Positions 31,617 through 43,327 of a stretch of DNA of 64,000 nt are shown here, piece after piece. The notes below the pieces were generated by a model. It made no database searches. It saw nothing but the letters and a program-made list of their open reading frames with translations, and was not told where the DNA came from. Positions within the stretch are counted from its first letter, which is position 1. Each line of letters starts with the position of its first letter. The stretch lies in NCBI RefSeq assembly GCF_009914755.1, contig NC_060926.1; one strand, given 5' to 3'. The translations under genes were made by a program, and so were the position numbers. Source of the stretch: the human T2T-CHM13v2.0 reference genome, Homo sapiens.

Positions 31617-31748
31617 AACCAGTATGAAAAGCATAAAGAAGTAGAAGCAGCTCAGGGGGTAAAGATTCTTGGAAAAGACCTGGAGAAAACATTGGCTGGT
31701 TTACCCCTCCTTGTGGCTTATAAAGAAGATGAAATCCCTGTTCTTAAA
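31617..31748 (+). CDS. EIF5B: EIF5B exon 18
   Basis: ctgtag|AACCAG...AAA|gtaagt; NQYEKHKEVEAAQGVKIL...IPVLK. Confidence 0.96.
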
Positions 31749-32001
31749 GTAAGTTCATTTAAAAATTTTTTTCCTTAAAAGCTATTTGAGTTCTGGCATG
31801 TGTCAGCATTGCACATGCTAGGGATGGTGACCAAAACTGGCTTTGTCTTTGTGAAGCCTGCCATTTCTTGGCCTCTTAGCAAACTTGATGCTTTTGAATT
31901 ACTTCAGTTTGTACAATCATAGAAATTGGTATAATTTTTATATGTACTAGAATTATAAAAATAATGCATTTTATTCAAATAAAAAAATGAGTCAAAAGCT
32001 A

Positions 32002-32238
<237 letters not shown>

Positions 32239-32916
32239 TCATTTGCCAAAGAGAAAATACAACTGTTCCCAGCACATGGCTCTTGTGTCCTGGGGCCGTG
32301 TTTATTATTTAGGCAGCATCAAGTCATGCTGTTGGGAATAAGCTATCTTAGGGCCAGTGAGAGAATAGGGCAGGCCTGTCTCTTCACCCAGTCCTGAGTA
32401 TGGAGTGGACTTACGTCCCTTCAGTGGCATTGATAAACTTGTTTTACTTATTTCTGGTTAAAAATCTCTTCTTCCATTTCCCGACAAGCAGTGATGGAGG
32501 AAGGAGCTGCTGAGATCATGAGATTATGGTATTTCCTAGTTAACACAGACAAGCTGAACTTTTGGGCTATCATAACACATTACGTTTATGTGGTACTTTT
32601 TTAACTTTAAAAAAATTTTTCTTCTCTACTGTTTAATTCTGCCCACCCATCTACTGTATTTGCCAAGTGGAGCGGAGATTAAACATATTTCAAAGTTAGT
32701 AAACCTAAGACAAAGGTGAAGCGAAATACAGTTAGGGTATGGCCCCGAAATCTCCTCCTTCATTCCAGCACAGGTTCTGTGATGCCTTGCTCTATCTAAG
32801 CCTTAGTTTCATATTTGCAGATGAGTACTTAACCAAAGAGAGAAACACAATTTAATTCTAGACTGCTGAGGATAGAGGTGTGTTGACAACCTTATCAAAT
32901 CTGATTTCTTTTCAAG

Positions 32917-33048
32917 GATGAATTGATCCATGAGTTAAAGCAGACACTAAATGCTATCAAATTAGAAGAAAAAGGAGTCTATGTCCAGGCATCTACACTG
33001 GGTTCTTTGGAAGCTCTACTGGAATTTCTGAAAACATCAGAAGTGCCC
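32917..33048 (+). CDS. EIF5B: EIF5B exon 19, domain III
   Basis: ttcaag|GATGAA...CCC|gtaagt; DELIHELK...GVYVQASTLGSLEALLEFL. Confidence 0.95.
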
Positions 33049-33158
33049 GTAAGTAACTACAACTCGCTCCACAAGTGAATGGTGGTTGGTCGTGGTTTTT
33101 GGTGCCATCGCCATTACCTGATACATACAGATAAACATGGAAACTCCCATTTTTTCAG

Positions 33159-33235
33159 TATGCAGGAATTAACATTGGCCCAGTGCATAAAAAAGATGTT
33201 ATGAAGGCTTCAGTGATGTTGGAACATGACCCTCA
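33159..33235 (+). CDS. EIF5B: EIF5B exon 20
   Basis: tttcag|TATGCA...CTCA|gtaagt; YAGINIGPVHKKDVMKASVMLEHDPQ. Confidence 0.95.
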
Positions 33236-33368
33236 GTAAGTAATTTCTCTTGCTATGAAGGCTTTCATGTTACGTAGCTATCTTAAAACTGTCCTATCTT
33301 AAAAAACTGTCCTCTGTGACATACTCTGTTTTTCACTGAATGGTCTTTGATGTGTTTTAACCTTTTAG

Positions 33369-33533
33369 GTATGCAGTAATTTTGGCCTTCGATGTGAGAA
33401 TTGAACGAGATGCACAAGAAATGGCTGATAGTTTAGGAGTTAGAATTTTTAGTGCAGAAATTATTTATCATTTATTTGATGCCTTTACAAAATATAGACA
33501 AGACTACAAGAAACAGAAACAAGAAGAATTTAA
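33369..33533 (+). CDS. EIF5B: EIF5B exon 21
   Basis: ttttag|GTATG...TTTAA|gtaagt; YAVILAFDVRIERDAQ...IIYHLFD...EEFK. Confidence 0.95.
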
Positions 33534-33997
33534 GTAAGTTACTGTTTTTATTTACTTTGAGTCTTTGTTAATGAACATGATTGAGAATTACTGAATTCCA
33601 GAAAGGGCTGTAAACAGCAAAATCATGGCATTTACTCATCTACCAGAGGCTGCATCCTGAAATGGTGTGTTACAAACCAGAAACCCAACATACTGGGGAC
33701 ATTCCAGCAGTATGCAAACAAGTCTTGTCTGTGACTTCAGTTTAATAATCTTGGCAGACTTGGGTCTTGTTAATGGGTTCGTAGTTATTAAATGTAGGGA
33801 CTTTATGTTGCTCATCTGGGATTATATAGATTGGAAGTAACAAAACTTGAGTGAGGAAAACCGGGAAATAAGAGATTCTGTGGGAGAGAAGTCCATTCCT
33901 CTACCAAACTTTCACTCAAGCACTCACAGTACCTACATTGCTGCAGTGGTAGAGGAGGCATCAGCAGAGAACCAGGCCAGCCTCCCTCCTCCTTTCC

Positions 33998-34321
<324 letters not shown>

Positions 34322-35409
34322 TGAGAAGTGCTGAAAAACCAAATAAAGCAGGGAAGGGCCTAGATAAGGAGAGGAGGGACTGTGATTAATGATGTGGTTT
34401 GGGAAGGCATCTCACCTCTTCAGACAGAGTAAGCCACACAGGCACATGGGGAGTGTCCAGAGAGAACAGCAGTGCGAGGCAGAGTGACCAGAAGGGACAG
34501 TGATAAATGAGGTCAGAGAGGGTGGCAGGACCTGTATCGTCAAGGATCTTACAGGCCATGGGAGGGATTGAGCTTCTCTGAGTTTTGCAAGAAGCCATTG
34601 CCAAGGCTGTGTGTTCACAATCAGACTGGTTAATTGGGTTGTTATGTGGACCTTGGGTTGTTAGGAAGTCAGTGGCAAGAGCCTGTCAGGAGGCTCCCAC
34701 AGTCCAAGCAAGAGGTCTAGGTGATTCAGACCACAGTGATGATAGGAGTGATGGCGTAGTTTGGGATACATTTTTAAGTGGAGCTTACTAGTAAATATTA
34801 GGATTTAGACTGGTATATGCTCACTTTAGATCATGAAACCTGAAGTGAGAAGAATTCTACTTAACAAGACTGCTGGAAACTTTTAAAGCATTTTAAGCGT
34901 GTGCTCAATAAGCAGGGTAGTTATGTAGTGGCCTTTTGGATCAATGGTTTGGGAACGTGGTGGAGAAAAGGAGGGTGATAATACGGTCTGATGCCTATGT
35001 GATCCCCCAGTAGCCTACATATGTGCCTAACGAAGACCTGCCTGTCACCAGGTACTGCCTAGGTTCTAAGCCCCAGACTGTGGCTGACATCTTCAGCAGC
35101 CAAGCTCAGTGTTTTAGACTAGGAACAGAATGCTCCTGTGATGCAGCTTCTTTTGGAGGTAGGGCTTTAAAAGAGAAGAAAGCAAAGACTTGGGAAGCAA
35201 CAGAATGGGGAGGAGGAGGTTAAGAACAAGGAAGAAGCGCTCTGGGCATGGGGTGGCCCTGGGCTGCAGCACCCTGCCTGCCCCTCTCCTGTGGCCGCTG
35301 GGGAAAGCTGCTTTCCTCTAATGGGAGAAGCCTGATGTTCAGCTGCAGTTTTTCTTTTTATGTTTAAGTGATTCTGTAAGCTTAAAATTCTTTTCTTTTT
35401 TCCTTTCAG

Positions 35410-35548
35410 GCACATAGCAGTATTTCCCTGCAAGATAAAAATCCTCCCTCAGTACATTTTTAATTCTCGAGATCCGATAGTGATGGGGGTGACGGTGGAA
35501 GCAGGTCAGGTGAAACAGGGGACACCCATGTGTGTCCCAAGCAAAAAT
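35410..35548 (+). CDS. EIF5B: EIF5B exon 22, domain IV
   Basis: tttcag|GCACAT...AAT|gtaagt; HIAVFPCKIKILPQYIFNSRDPIVMGV...PSKN. Confidence 0.95.
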
Positions 35549-37397
35549 GTAAGTTCTAGTTGTACATTCTGTGGGTCATTTCTTAAAGCACTAAATGAGT
35601 GTCCAAGAGTCGTACCAACACAGCTTTGTGCCTGTAGTTCACAGTACTGTGCTGTGTATTTAGTGTGGTCTCCACCTTCTTAACAAATGTTTCAGTGTTT
35701 TTACCTCAGTAGGAAGAAAATGTGGTAACTTTAAAACAAGCAGAGCCTGTCACCTTCTGTTGTGCTTCAGTATTGGTAAATATCAGTGCTCCATAGTCAG
35801 TGTTGACTCAGTGCTGATCTCAGTGCTTCAGTTAATTGGGGCTCCAAGGCACTTTACATTATTGCCTTTTATTTTATTTTGAAAGGTTTCAAGCCTGTGG
35901 AAAAGTTTAAAAACTAGTATAATGAACACTCATGTTTACCTTCCCTTTCTGTCAGCATACCTAAGAAAAATTAATAATATTTCAACAATATCCTATAATT
36001 TGCAGCCCTCAACATTATTTCACCAGTTATTCCAAAGATGTTTTGGTAACTCTCCCCACCAATCTGGCCCAGTGCCCTGCAAGCTGCATTGCACTGGGGC
36101 TTGTTTTGTGGCTGAGCCTCAGTCAAGAACAGTCCTCCATTCTTTTTGAAGTGTCCCTGTTGTTTTGCAAATCCCTCCTCCATTTGGATTTATCTGTTTC
36201 TCTCCCTCCCAACTAGACACAGGTTAGAATTATTGGAAAGACACTCATGCAGTTTCCCTGTGTGCCTGCCTCTTGCATGACCCAGCCTGTCTGACTGCTG
36301 CTGATGCTCTGATTTCCTGGGGAAAGTGCTAGACGCCAACCATCTCCATTAGAAACTTGCCCCTTTATAATTACTCTGTAATCTGTCTGGTACCTGGAGT
36401 TCCTAATGGATATCCTGTTTCTCAACAGCCTTTATCCCAGTGCCTTTAGTACCCACTGGCAAGCGTTGCCTAAGTCAACTATTACGTAGATGGTTGCAAA
36501 ATTGTGGATATACCTGTCCCCCCATTTCTTACAAAGAACCTCTTCCCACTGGCCTTTTTATTGAGTCATAGACTCAGTGGGTTTTTTTTTTTTTAATATA
36601 ATCCATTACCTTTATTCTTTTGATACTCAGATTTTCTATTGTGGTCAGTAGGAGCTCAACTGGCTCCTGTATCCTTGACACACAGCAGTCTGAGCATCAT
36701 CTTCCTTTCTGGTTGAGATGTTCCAGCCTCATCTAGTACTTTCCCTGGCCCAAACCTGGTTCTTGTAATGGGCAATGGCACTTAGAAGTTGTCATTGCTT
36801 TTCTACCATTTCAGTGGACTAAGCCTGGACATTTATTTGTGTTACTTTCTATGTGGCTTTGGCCTCCTAAACCAACCAGAGCTCTCCCTGTTTTCACTCT
36901 TACTCTCCTGAATCTTTTTCTCCACAAAGGAGTCAGGGTTTTTTGCCCCAAACTCTGAGATCACATCACTCATCTGCTCACAGGCCATCATTCTTAAAAT
37001 TTCAGGATTGGTCCTCACTCTGACTTCATTCCCATCAGCCACTTCAAGCTCATTCCTGACTCAGACCCTTTGTGCCTGCTGATCCCTCCTATTACGGCAC
37101 CTGTCACGTGAAATGGTAGAGCAAAAATAGGAAATGACATTGGGTCAACAGGGCACTTGGAATGTTTTGCAAAGCACATTATCTCCTGTCATTCTTACAA
37201 CCATCATGAAGGGAATAGGGTGTTGGTGGTGCCAGCCTAGTTTACCAAAATGTTACACCGTGAGTGATGAAAGGATCGCACTGCCATGACTTTTAAAACA
37301 GGCTTTTGCTCTAGTTCTTACTTCAGCTATCCAGCCATGGCGCCTGTGATTGGCATGAATTCTTCTGCATGCATTTTAATTTGTTCTTATTTTATAG

Positions 37398-37559
37398 TTT
37401 GTTGACATCGGAATAGTAACAAGTATTGAAATAAACCATAAACAAGTGGATGTTGCAAAAAAAGGACAAGAAGTTTGTGTAAAAATAGAACCTATCCCTG
37501 GTGAGTCACCCAAAATGTTTGGAAGACATTTTGAAGCTACAGATATTCTTGTTAGTAAG
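37398..37559 (+). CDS. EIF5B: EIF5B exon 23
   Basis: ttatag|TTTGTT...AAG|gtaagt; FVDIGIVTSIEINHKQVDVAKKGQEVC...ILVSK. Confidence 0.96.
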
Positions 37560-37956
37560 GTAAGTATTTCAGCAAAAGTGGCACACTTTAAGCAACAGGG
37601 AATCACTCTTCTTGGGTCACCTGTACCTGTAGCTCCTTGGGCTTCAGTTTGATTGTAGAATCTGATGGGACTGGATCCCCCATTAGGGCTTGACCTCTAG
37701 CTGGGCCTTGTCTGTTGAGGAAGTTGCTCTATCAGGAAAGCAGCACCAACAGAGAAAGCTAGGACTTTTAGGTCCCCTCGTGCCTGACATGCAAACCAGA
37801 TGTGATTTTGGAATTCTACTCCCTTAGGCAGGCAAGCCCTGTTTTTTATTTCTGCTTAAGCTTTTTAGTACAGTGAGAGCGGGCATCTGGGGCCACAGCT
37901 TTCTTTGGCACGTTTGTTATGTTCTGTTTACCCTGTTTGTGCCTCGGGCATTGCAG

Positions 37957-38064
37957 ATCAGCCGGCAGTCCATTGATGCACTCAAAGACTGGTTCAGAGA
38001 TGAAATGCAGAAGAGTGACTGGCAGCTTATTGTGGAGCTGAAGAAAGTATTTGAAATCATCTAA
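37957..38064 (+). CDS. EIF5B: EIF5B exon 24 coding part, stop TAA
   Basis: ttgcag|ATCAGC; ISRQSIDALKDWFRDEMQKSDWQLIVELKKVFEII*. Confidence 0.97.
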   Translation: MSRQSIDALKDWFRDEMQKSDWQLIVELKKVFEII

Positions 38065-38397
38065 TTTTTTCACATGGAGCAGGAACTGGAGTAAATGCAA
38101 TACTGTGTTGTAATATCCCAACAAAAATCAGACAAAAAATGGAACAGACGTATTTGGACACTGATGGACTTAAGTATGGAAGGAAGAAAAATAGGTGTAT
38201 AAAATGTTTTCCATGAGAAACCAAGAAACTTACACTGGTTTGACAGTGGTCAGTTACATGTCCCCACAGTTCCAATGTGCCTGTTCACTCACCTCTCCCT
38301 TCCCCAACCCTTCTCTACTTGGCTGCTGTTTTAAAGTTTGCCCTTCCCCAAATTTGGATTTTTATTACAGATCTAAAGCTCTTTCGATTTTATACTG

Positions 38398-38403
38398 ATT
38401 AAA
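38398..38403 (+). terminator. Candidate proximal EIF5B poly(A) signal ATTAAA
   Basis: Variant hexamer ~330 nt after the stop, with U/GU-rich sequence downstream (attttgtgattctt). Confidence 0.55.
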
Positions 38404-38691
38404 TCAGTACTGCAGTATTTGATTAACCAAGCTTCTGCAGATTTTGTGATTCTTGGGACTTTTTTGACGTAAGAAATACTTCTTTATTTATGCATATTCT
38501 TCCCACAGTGATTTTTCCAGCATTCTTCTGCCATATGCCTTTAGGGCTTTTATAAAATAGAAAATTAGGCATTCTGATATTTCTTTAGCTGCTTTGTGTG
38601 AAACCATGGTGTAAAAGCACAGCTGGCTGCTTTTTACTGCTTGTGTAGTCACGAGTCCATTGTAATCATCACAATTCTAAACCAAACTACC

Positions 38692-38697
38692 AATAAA
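38692..38697 (+). terminator. Candidate EIF5B poly(A) signal AATAAA
   Basis: Canonical hexamer in the 3' UTR. Confidence 0.5.
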
Positions 38698-38841
38698 GAA
38701 AACAGACATCCACCAGTAAGCAAGCTCTGTTAGGCTTCCATGTTAGTGTAGCTTCTCTCCCACAAGTTGTCCTCCTAGGACAAGAATTATCTTACAAACT
38801 AAACTATCATCACACTACCTTGTATGCCAGCACCTGGTAAC

Positions 38842-38945
38842 AGTAGAGATTTTTATACATTAATCTTGATCTGTTTTAATCTTGATCTGTTTTAGTAGAG
38901 ATTTTTATACATTAATCTTGATCTGTTTTAATCTTGATCTGTTTT
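38842..38945. repeat. Perfect 52-bp tandem duplication with nested 16-bp repeat
   Basis: AGTAGAGATTTTTATACATT(AATCTTGATCTGTTTT)2, present twice. Confidence 0.95.
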
Positions 38946-39141
38946 GTCCTAGAAAATTCCATCATACACACATTTCCTGATATTTGGGCTTAGTGCTTCT
39001 AAATTGTTGCAGACACAAAACTTAATGATTCATTCGTAGTAGTAATCTGTAGCTAGTTTTAGGGTTTTGCTGAAGTCAGTGTGGGGTGTTTGTTTGAGGA
39101 AAAAGTTCCAAATATCCACTAGCATAGAATTTTAAACTATT

Positions 39142-39147
39142 TTTATT
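39142..39147 (-). terminator. Candidate distal REV1 poly(A) signal
   Basis: TTTATT on + = AATAAA on -, ~750 nt beyond the REV1 stop. Confidence 0.5.
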
Positions 39148-39611
39148 TTAAAGTTATGGCATAACATATAACATAAAAATATTTTATATACGTTTGAAAA
39201 ATCTATACCGTTCTTTTTTATCATCAAAGTTTCTCAATGGCCAGTAGAAGCAAAAAGACAACACCACCTCTGATCTACGGGACATAATGTTCCCAGGAAA
39301 AAAATCTTCAAGTGGGTGTGAGGGTGTTTCTAATTCAAAATATGTAGATTTCTCCGCATGGAAGAAGTAGTAAAGATTTTCTTAACATGCTCCTGTGTTC
39401 ATGCTTGGAGACAAGAATAAGATGGTTTAGAAGCTTTACCCTTTCTTGGAACAAGTAGAATCCCGGTCTGAGACCTCTCAGGAATTTCAGAGCTTAGCAG
39501 TCTGGCCTGGAGGTTTTTCAGCCTTTTAGTATAATAAACAGTAGTTGCTTCCTAGAGTTGAGTTTTTAAGGATTCACAAAAAGGAGCCTGTACAAAATAT
39601 ACATACAGTTC

Positions 39612-39617
39612 TTTATT
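39612..39617 (-). terminator. Candidate proximal REV1 poly(A) signal
   Basis: AATAAA on -, ~275 nt after the stop, followed on - by GU/U-rich tgtatgtatattttgtac. Confidence 0.65.
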
Positions 39618-39737
39618 AAACAACTGTAAACACTTCACTGTAAAAATCCATAAAACTTTATAAACAAACATTTTGTAAATAGAATCTATGCTACAGTAAA
39701 ATAATTAACACAATTATTTACATGCAATACTGACAAA

Positions 39738-39745
39738 TTTGGCAC
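39738..39745 (-). promoter_or_regulatory. miR-96 8mer seed site (GTGCCAAA) in REV1 3' UTR
   Basis: + strand TTTGGCAC equals the miR-96-5p 5' end; repression of REV1 by miR-96 is reported (recalled). Confidence 0.6.
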
Positions 39746-39890
39746 TTTTTGAAAAGAAATGTACAAAACACTTGCTTTAAAAGAAATTTAAAATTATAAA
39801 AACTCCGAGCATTACTATCATGCACTTTGCAAATACCTCACAAGCACTTATGGCACAGCTATCAGAGAGCATCAGGCTCTCTGGTAATAT

Positions 39891-40002
39891 TTATGTAACT
39901 TTTAATGTGCTTCCATAAGTTTGTTGTAAAACCACCTGGACATTGTCAAGAATAAAGTCAAATGCCATATTCCAAACCGATTCCACCGATTGCTGCATCA
40001 GC
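39891..40002 (-). CDS. REV1: REV1 exon 23 coding part (C-terminal polymerase-interacting domain), stop TAA
   Basis: ctttag|G CTG ATG; RLMQQSVESVWNMAFDFILDNVQVVLQQTYGSTLKVT*. Confidence 0.96.
39951..39956 (+). terminator. Candidate distal EIF5B poly(A) signal inside REV1 last coding exon
   Basis: Canonical AATAAA; consistent with my recollection that annotated EIF5B and REV1 3' ends overlap (not verified here). Confidence 0.45.
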
Positions 40003-40062
40003 CTAAAGGTGGGGAGAGAAGAAATGTCATTAGGAATTAGGAAAGGTCCTTAAGACTAATTA

Positions 40063-40679
<617 letters not shown>

Positions 40680-40893
40680 CACTTCCTATGGTTTTTTAAT
40701 CACATGTAAGACCTTGAGGGCAACATATTTGGAACCTTATTTGCTACTTAGTCAACATGGCAAAATAAAGGATATCACTTTCTCATTAACCCTAATGAGT
40801 ACAGTTTCCCAGAAAGTTTAAAACAACTCAGTACACCCTCAGCCATTGTGACATGCCATTTTTTCCCATTTGATAAAAGTGATGAATTACTAC

Positions 40894-40996
40894 CTTTTCA
40901 TGTATTTTATAACTAGATCCAGTTTTTCCAAATCTTTTTCTTCTATTAGATCAGTACAGTATTTCACAACTTGGAGAATGTCTTCTTCCATTGGAT
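40894..40996 (-). CDS. REV1: REV1 exon 22 (CTD)
   Basis: cctag|AT...AAAAG|gtagta; DPMEEDILQVVKYCTDLIEEKDLEKLDLVIKYMKR. Confidence 0.95.
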
Positions 40997-41293
40997 CTAG
41001 GAAGGGGGAAAAACTTCAAATGAGGACCAGTCTTTTTGAAGGAGAAAGTCAGAGATCTGCATGGATAAAGGAAAACTGCATTTCTACAACTATGTCACTA
41101 ACAGCTATCAAAGGAATGGGCTTTGTTACTTTTCAAAGCAAGTCCCAGAATTTAAAAGATTTGGGGGTAGCTGCTTTAAGCTTATCAGAGTTAGAGAAAT
41201 GGGTTAAATCTGCATAGTTTAGTCTGTTTATGTTCTCAAATCATGAGACGACTACATCTCAGCCTTGGGCCATCTAACACAGGCCAAGCCAAC

Positions 41294-41450
41294 CTGAAAT
41301 TGTAGTTATCCATTCTCTGAGCAAGGTCTTCACATCATTGAATTCAACAGCTCCAGCTAGATTGGGTGCTGGAGGTCTCACACAGCCAGCTGGGTCAGAC
41401 TGCAAACTAGAAAGGCCTGGCACACCTGAAGTAGAAGCAGAGAGTTCTTC
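41294..41450 (-). CDS. REV1: REV1 exon 21
   Basis: aacag|GAA...TCAG|gttggc; EELSASTSGVPG...PPAPNLAGAVEFNDVKTLLREWITTIS. Confidence 0.94.
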
Positions 41451-41538
41451 CTGTTAAGAAAACAAAGGATAAAATTGCTATATTCACACATTATCCAGGT
41501 ATATTAAGATCTCATAAAGGTCAAAGTTAAGGAATTAC

Positions 41539-41756
41539 CAGGGGTTTCTCTGCAGGAGGTCCTTCATGTTTTAGAAACCCATCAATTAACTTCTGGGGAC
41601 TGCCACAGGCCCCTGGCAGAGTTTTTGCAGGACTGTTAAGCAGCTTGTTATTCAAAGGACTCTGAATCCTTTTTGGTGAACCAATGGTTTTTTTCTTCTT
41701 GTTTCTTTTCTTTTCTTTCACTGCTGCCTTTAGATGAAGTAAAGGATTCTTTGGCA
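41539..41756 (-). CDS. REV1: REV1 exon 20 (basic NLS-like tract)
   Basis: cttag|TG CCA...CTG|gtaatt; VPKNPLLHLKAAVKEKKRNKKKK...AEKPL. Confidence 0.94.
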
Positions 41757-42344
41757 CTAAGAGCAGATGGATATAAGATCCTCAACAAAATGATAGTATG
41801 GATAGTCTGGATGACAGTATTGGGTTCTCTTTTCTCCTCCCAAATACAACAGGCTCCCTAGCCTACACCTCCCCTCCTGCCCCAAGTGAGAGGCAGTGAA
41901 TGGCAATGGCCCAAAGTACAGGCTCTCCAATTCTCTCTTTGCTTTGCCACTTACTAATTTGACCTTTGGCATGTTGCTCATCTATGATGGGTAGTACTAA
42001 ATGTGGGTTTGATGTTTGTGATGCATTTTGAACCAACATCCTTTAATGTATTCATCTCAAAGGACAACTAGCTGAACAAGTATTTAAGACATTTGTGGTA
42101 ATGTCCTATTCCAACTTTTTAAAAAGTAAAAAGTGGTGTGTTTAAATCCTGAAAGTACAGACACAAATCCAACTAGAAATATGATGATATTTACTCATAC
42201 TGTATACTTCAGATATTATCCCAATATGAAGAGCTCTTAATGCAACAGCTTAGACTTTGCCCATTATATACTGCAATAATTAGACAACAGTGACTCCATT
42301 ACTCTTTGTCTTCATTTTTGTTACATGCCACTTCCAAGGCTCAC

Positions 42345-42465
42345 CAGATGCGCTGGCTGACTGCTGGTGAGTGCTGTTCTCGCCCTGCCTTTGTCTTTGA
42401 TCATACGCTGCTTTCAGCTCCCTCTGAAGTTCAGCAGGAAGGGCAGCAAATACCTCAGGGTCCAC
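42345..42465 (-). CDS. REV1: REV1 exon 19 (UBM2)
   Basis: actag|GTG...TCTG|gtgagc; VDPEVFAALPAELQRELKAAYDQ. Confidence 0.95.
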
Positions 42466-42629
42466 CTAGTGGAAAAGACGAGGTCAAAGTCAAACCTGAG
42501 CTAATTGTAGATGGTAGCTGGTTTCTCTTTTTCACAAAACAGACTTTGTTTTCAAATCTCACTTTTCTGATCTGTACGAATTCTTAACAGTTCCCCAATA
42601 TCAAAGCTGATTAAATCTTCAAAATGGTT

Positions 42630-42673
42630 AGAGCAAGAATAAGGAATTAAGAGCAAGAATAAGGAATTAAGAG
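42630..42673. repeat. 20-bp tandem duplication
   Basis: (AGAGCAAGAATAAGGAATTA)2.2. Confidence 0.9.
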
Positions 42674-42957
42674 TACTAACTTAAAGAAACCCACTACAAC
42701 AGCAGAACCTGGGCAAAATGCACTAGTAGAAAATGGGAAGCAAAACATTGAAACAGGGACTCAGGTTGTTACTGTCCCCCATGCAGGATTATACATCTCC
42801 GCTCTGTTGTATTCAAGTGTGGCCATTGATGTGTTTGCCCCAGATCAGTGTGTTTCTGTCTTAGCATGCCCTCCCCCGTCTCTTCCCTGCTGCTTCAGCG
42901 GGAGGCTGCTCTGTGTCTACATCCTGCAGATGCAGGAGATGGAGACAAGCCCACTCT

Positions 42958-42981
42958 CCCCTCCCCTCCCCTCCCCTCCCC
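42958..42981 (-). other. G-quadruplex motif (GGGGA)4GGGG on REV1 sense strand
   Basis: Five G4 tracts with single-A loops. Confidence 0.8.
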
Positions 42982-43093
42982 AGTGGATGTGGTGTCAGAT
43001 ACAGAGGAGAAAGGGAAGTGAGACAGGTCCTAAGTTGGAGCAGGGGGGTGAGAATATTGAAACTACAGCAGAGGGTTCCCATATTTAACTTAC

Positions 43094-43327
43094 CTGTGAA
43101 AATGCTGGAAGGGCTATTAAATTTATTCCTGCGTCACTGTTCGATTCTTGAGGTTCTGGTATTTGCAACAAGACTGTCCCAACTGGTTGTGGCAAAATTC
43201 CTGTATTACAGCCATTTACTGGTTCTTTCTTTTTGTCGCCATGTGACTCTGCTTGCTGGACAGCACAGACTTGCTCTACTTGTTCCCGGAGATCAGGTGG
43301 AAGTGCTTCTAAAACAGACTGATCCAG
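43094..43327 (-). CDS. REV1: REV1 exon 18 (UBM1)
   Basis: ttatag|CTG...CAG|gtaagt; LDQSVLEALPPDLREQVEQV...IALPAFSQ; 234 nt, phase 0-0. Confidence 0.95.
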
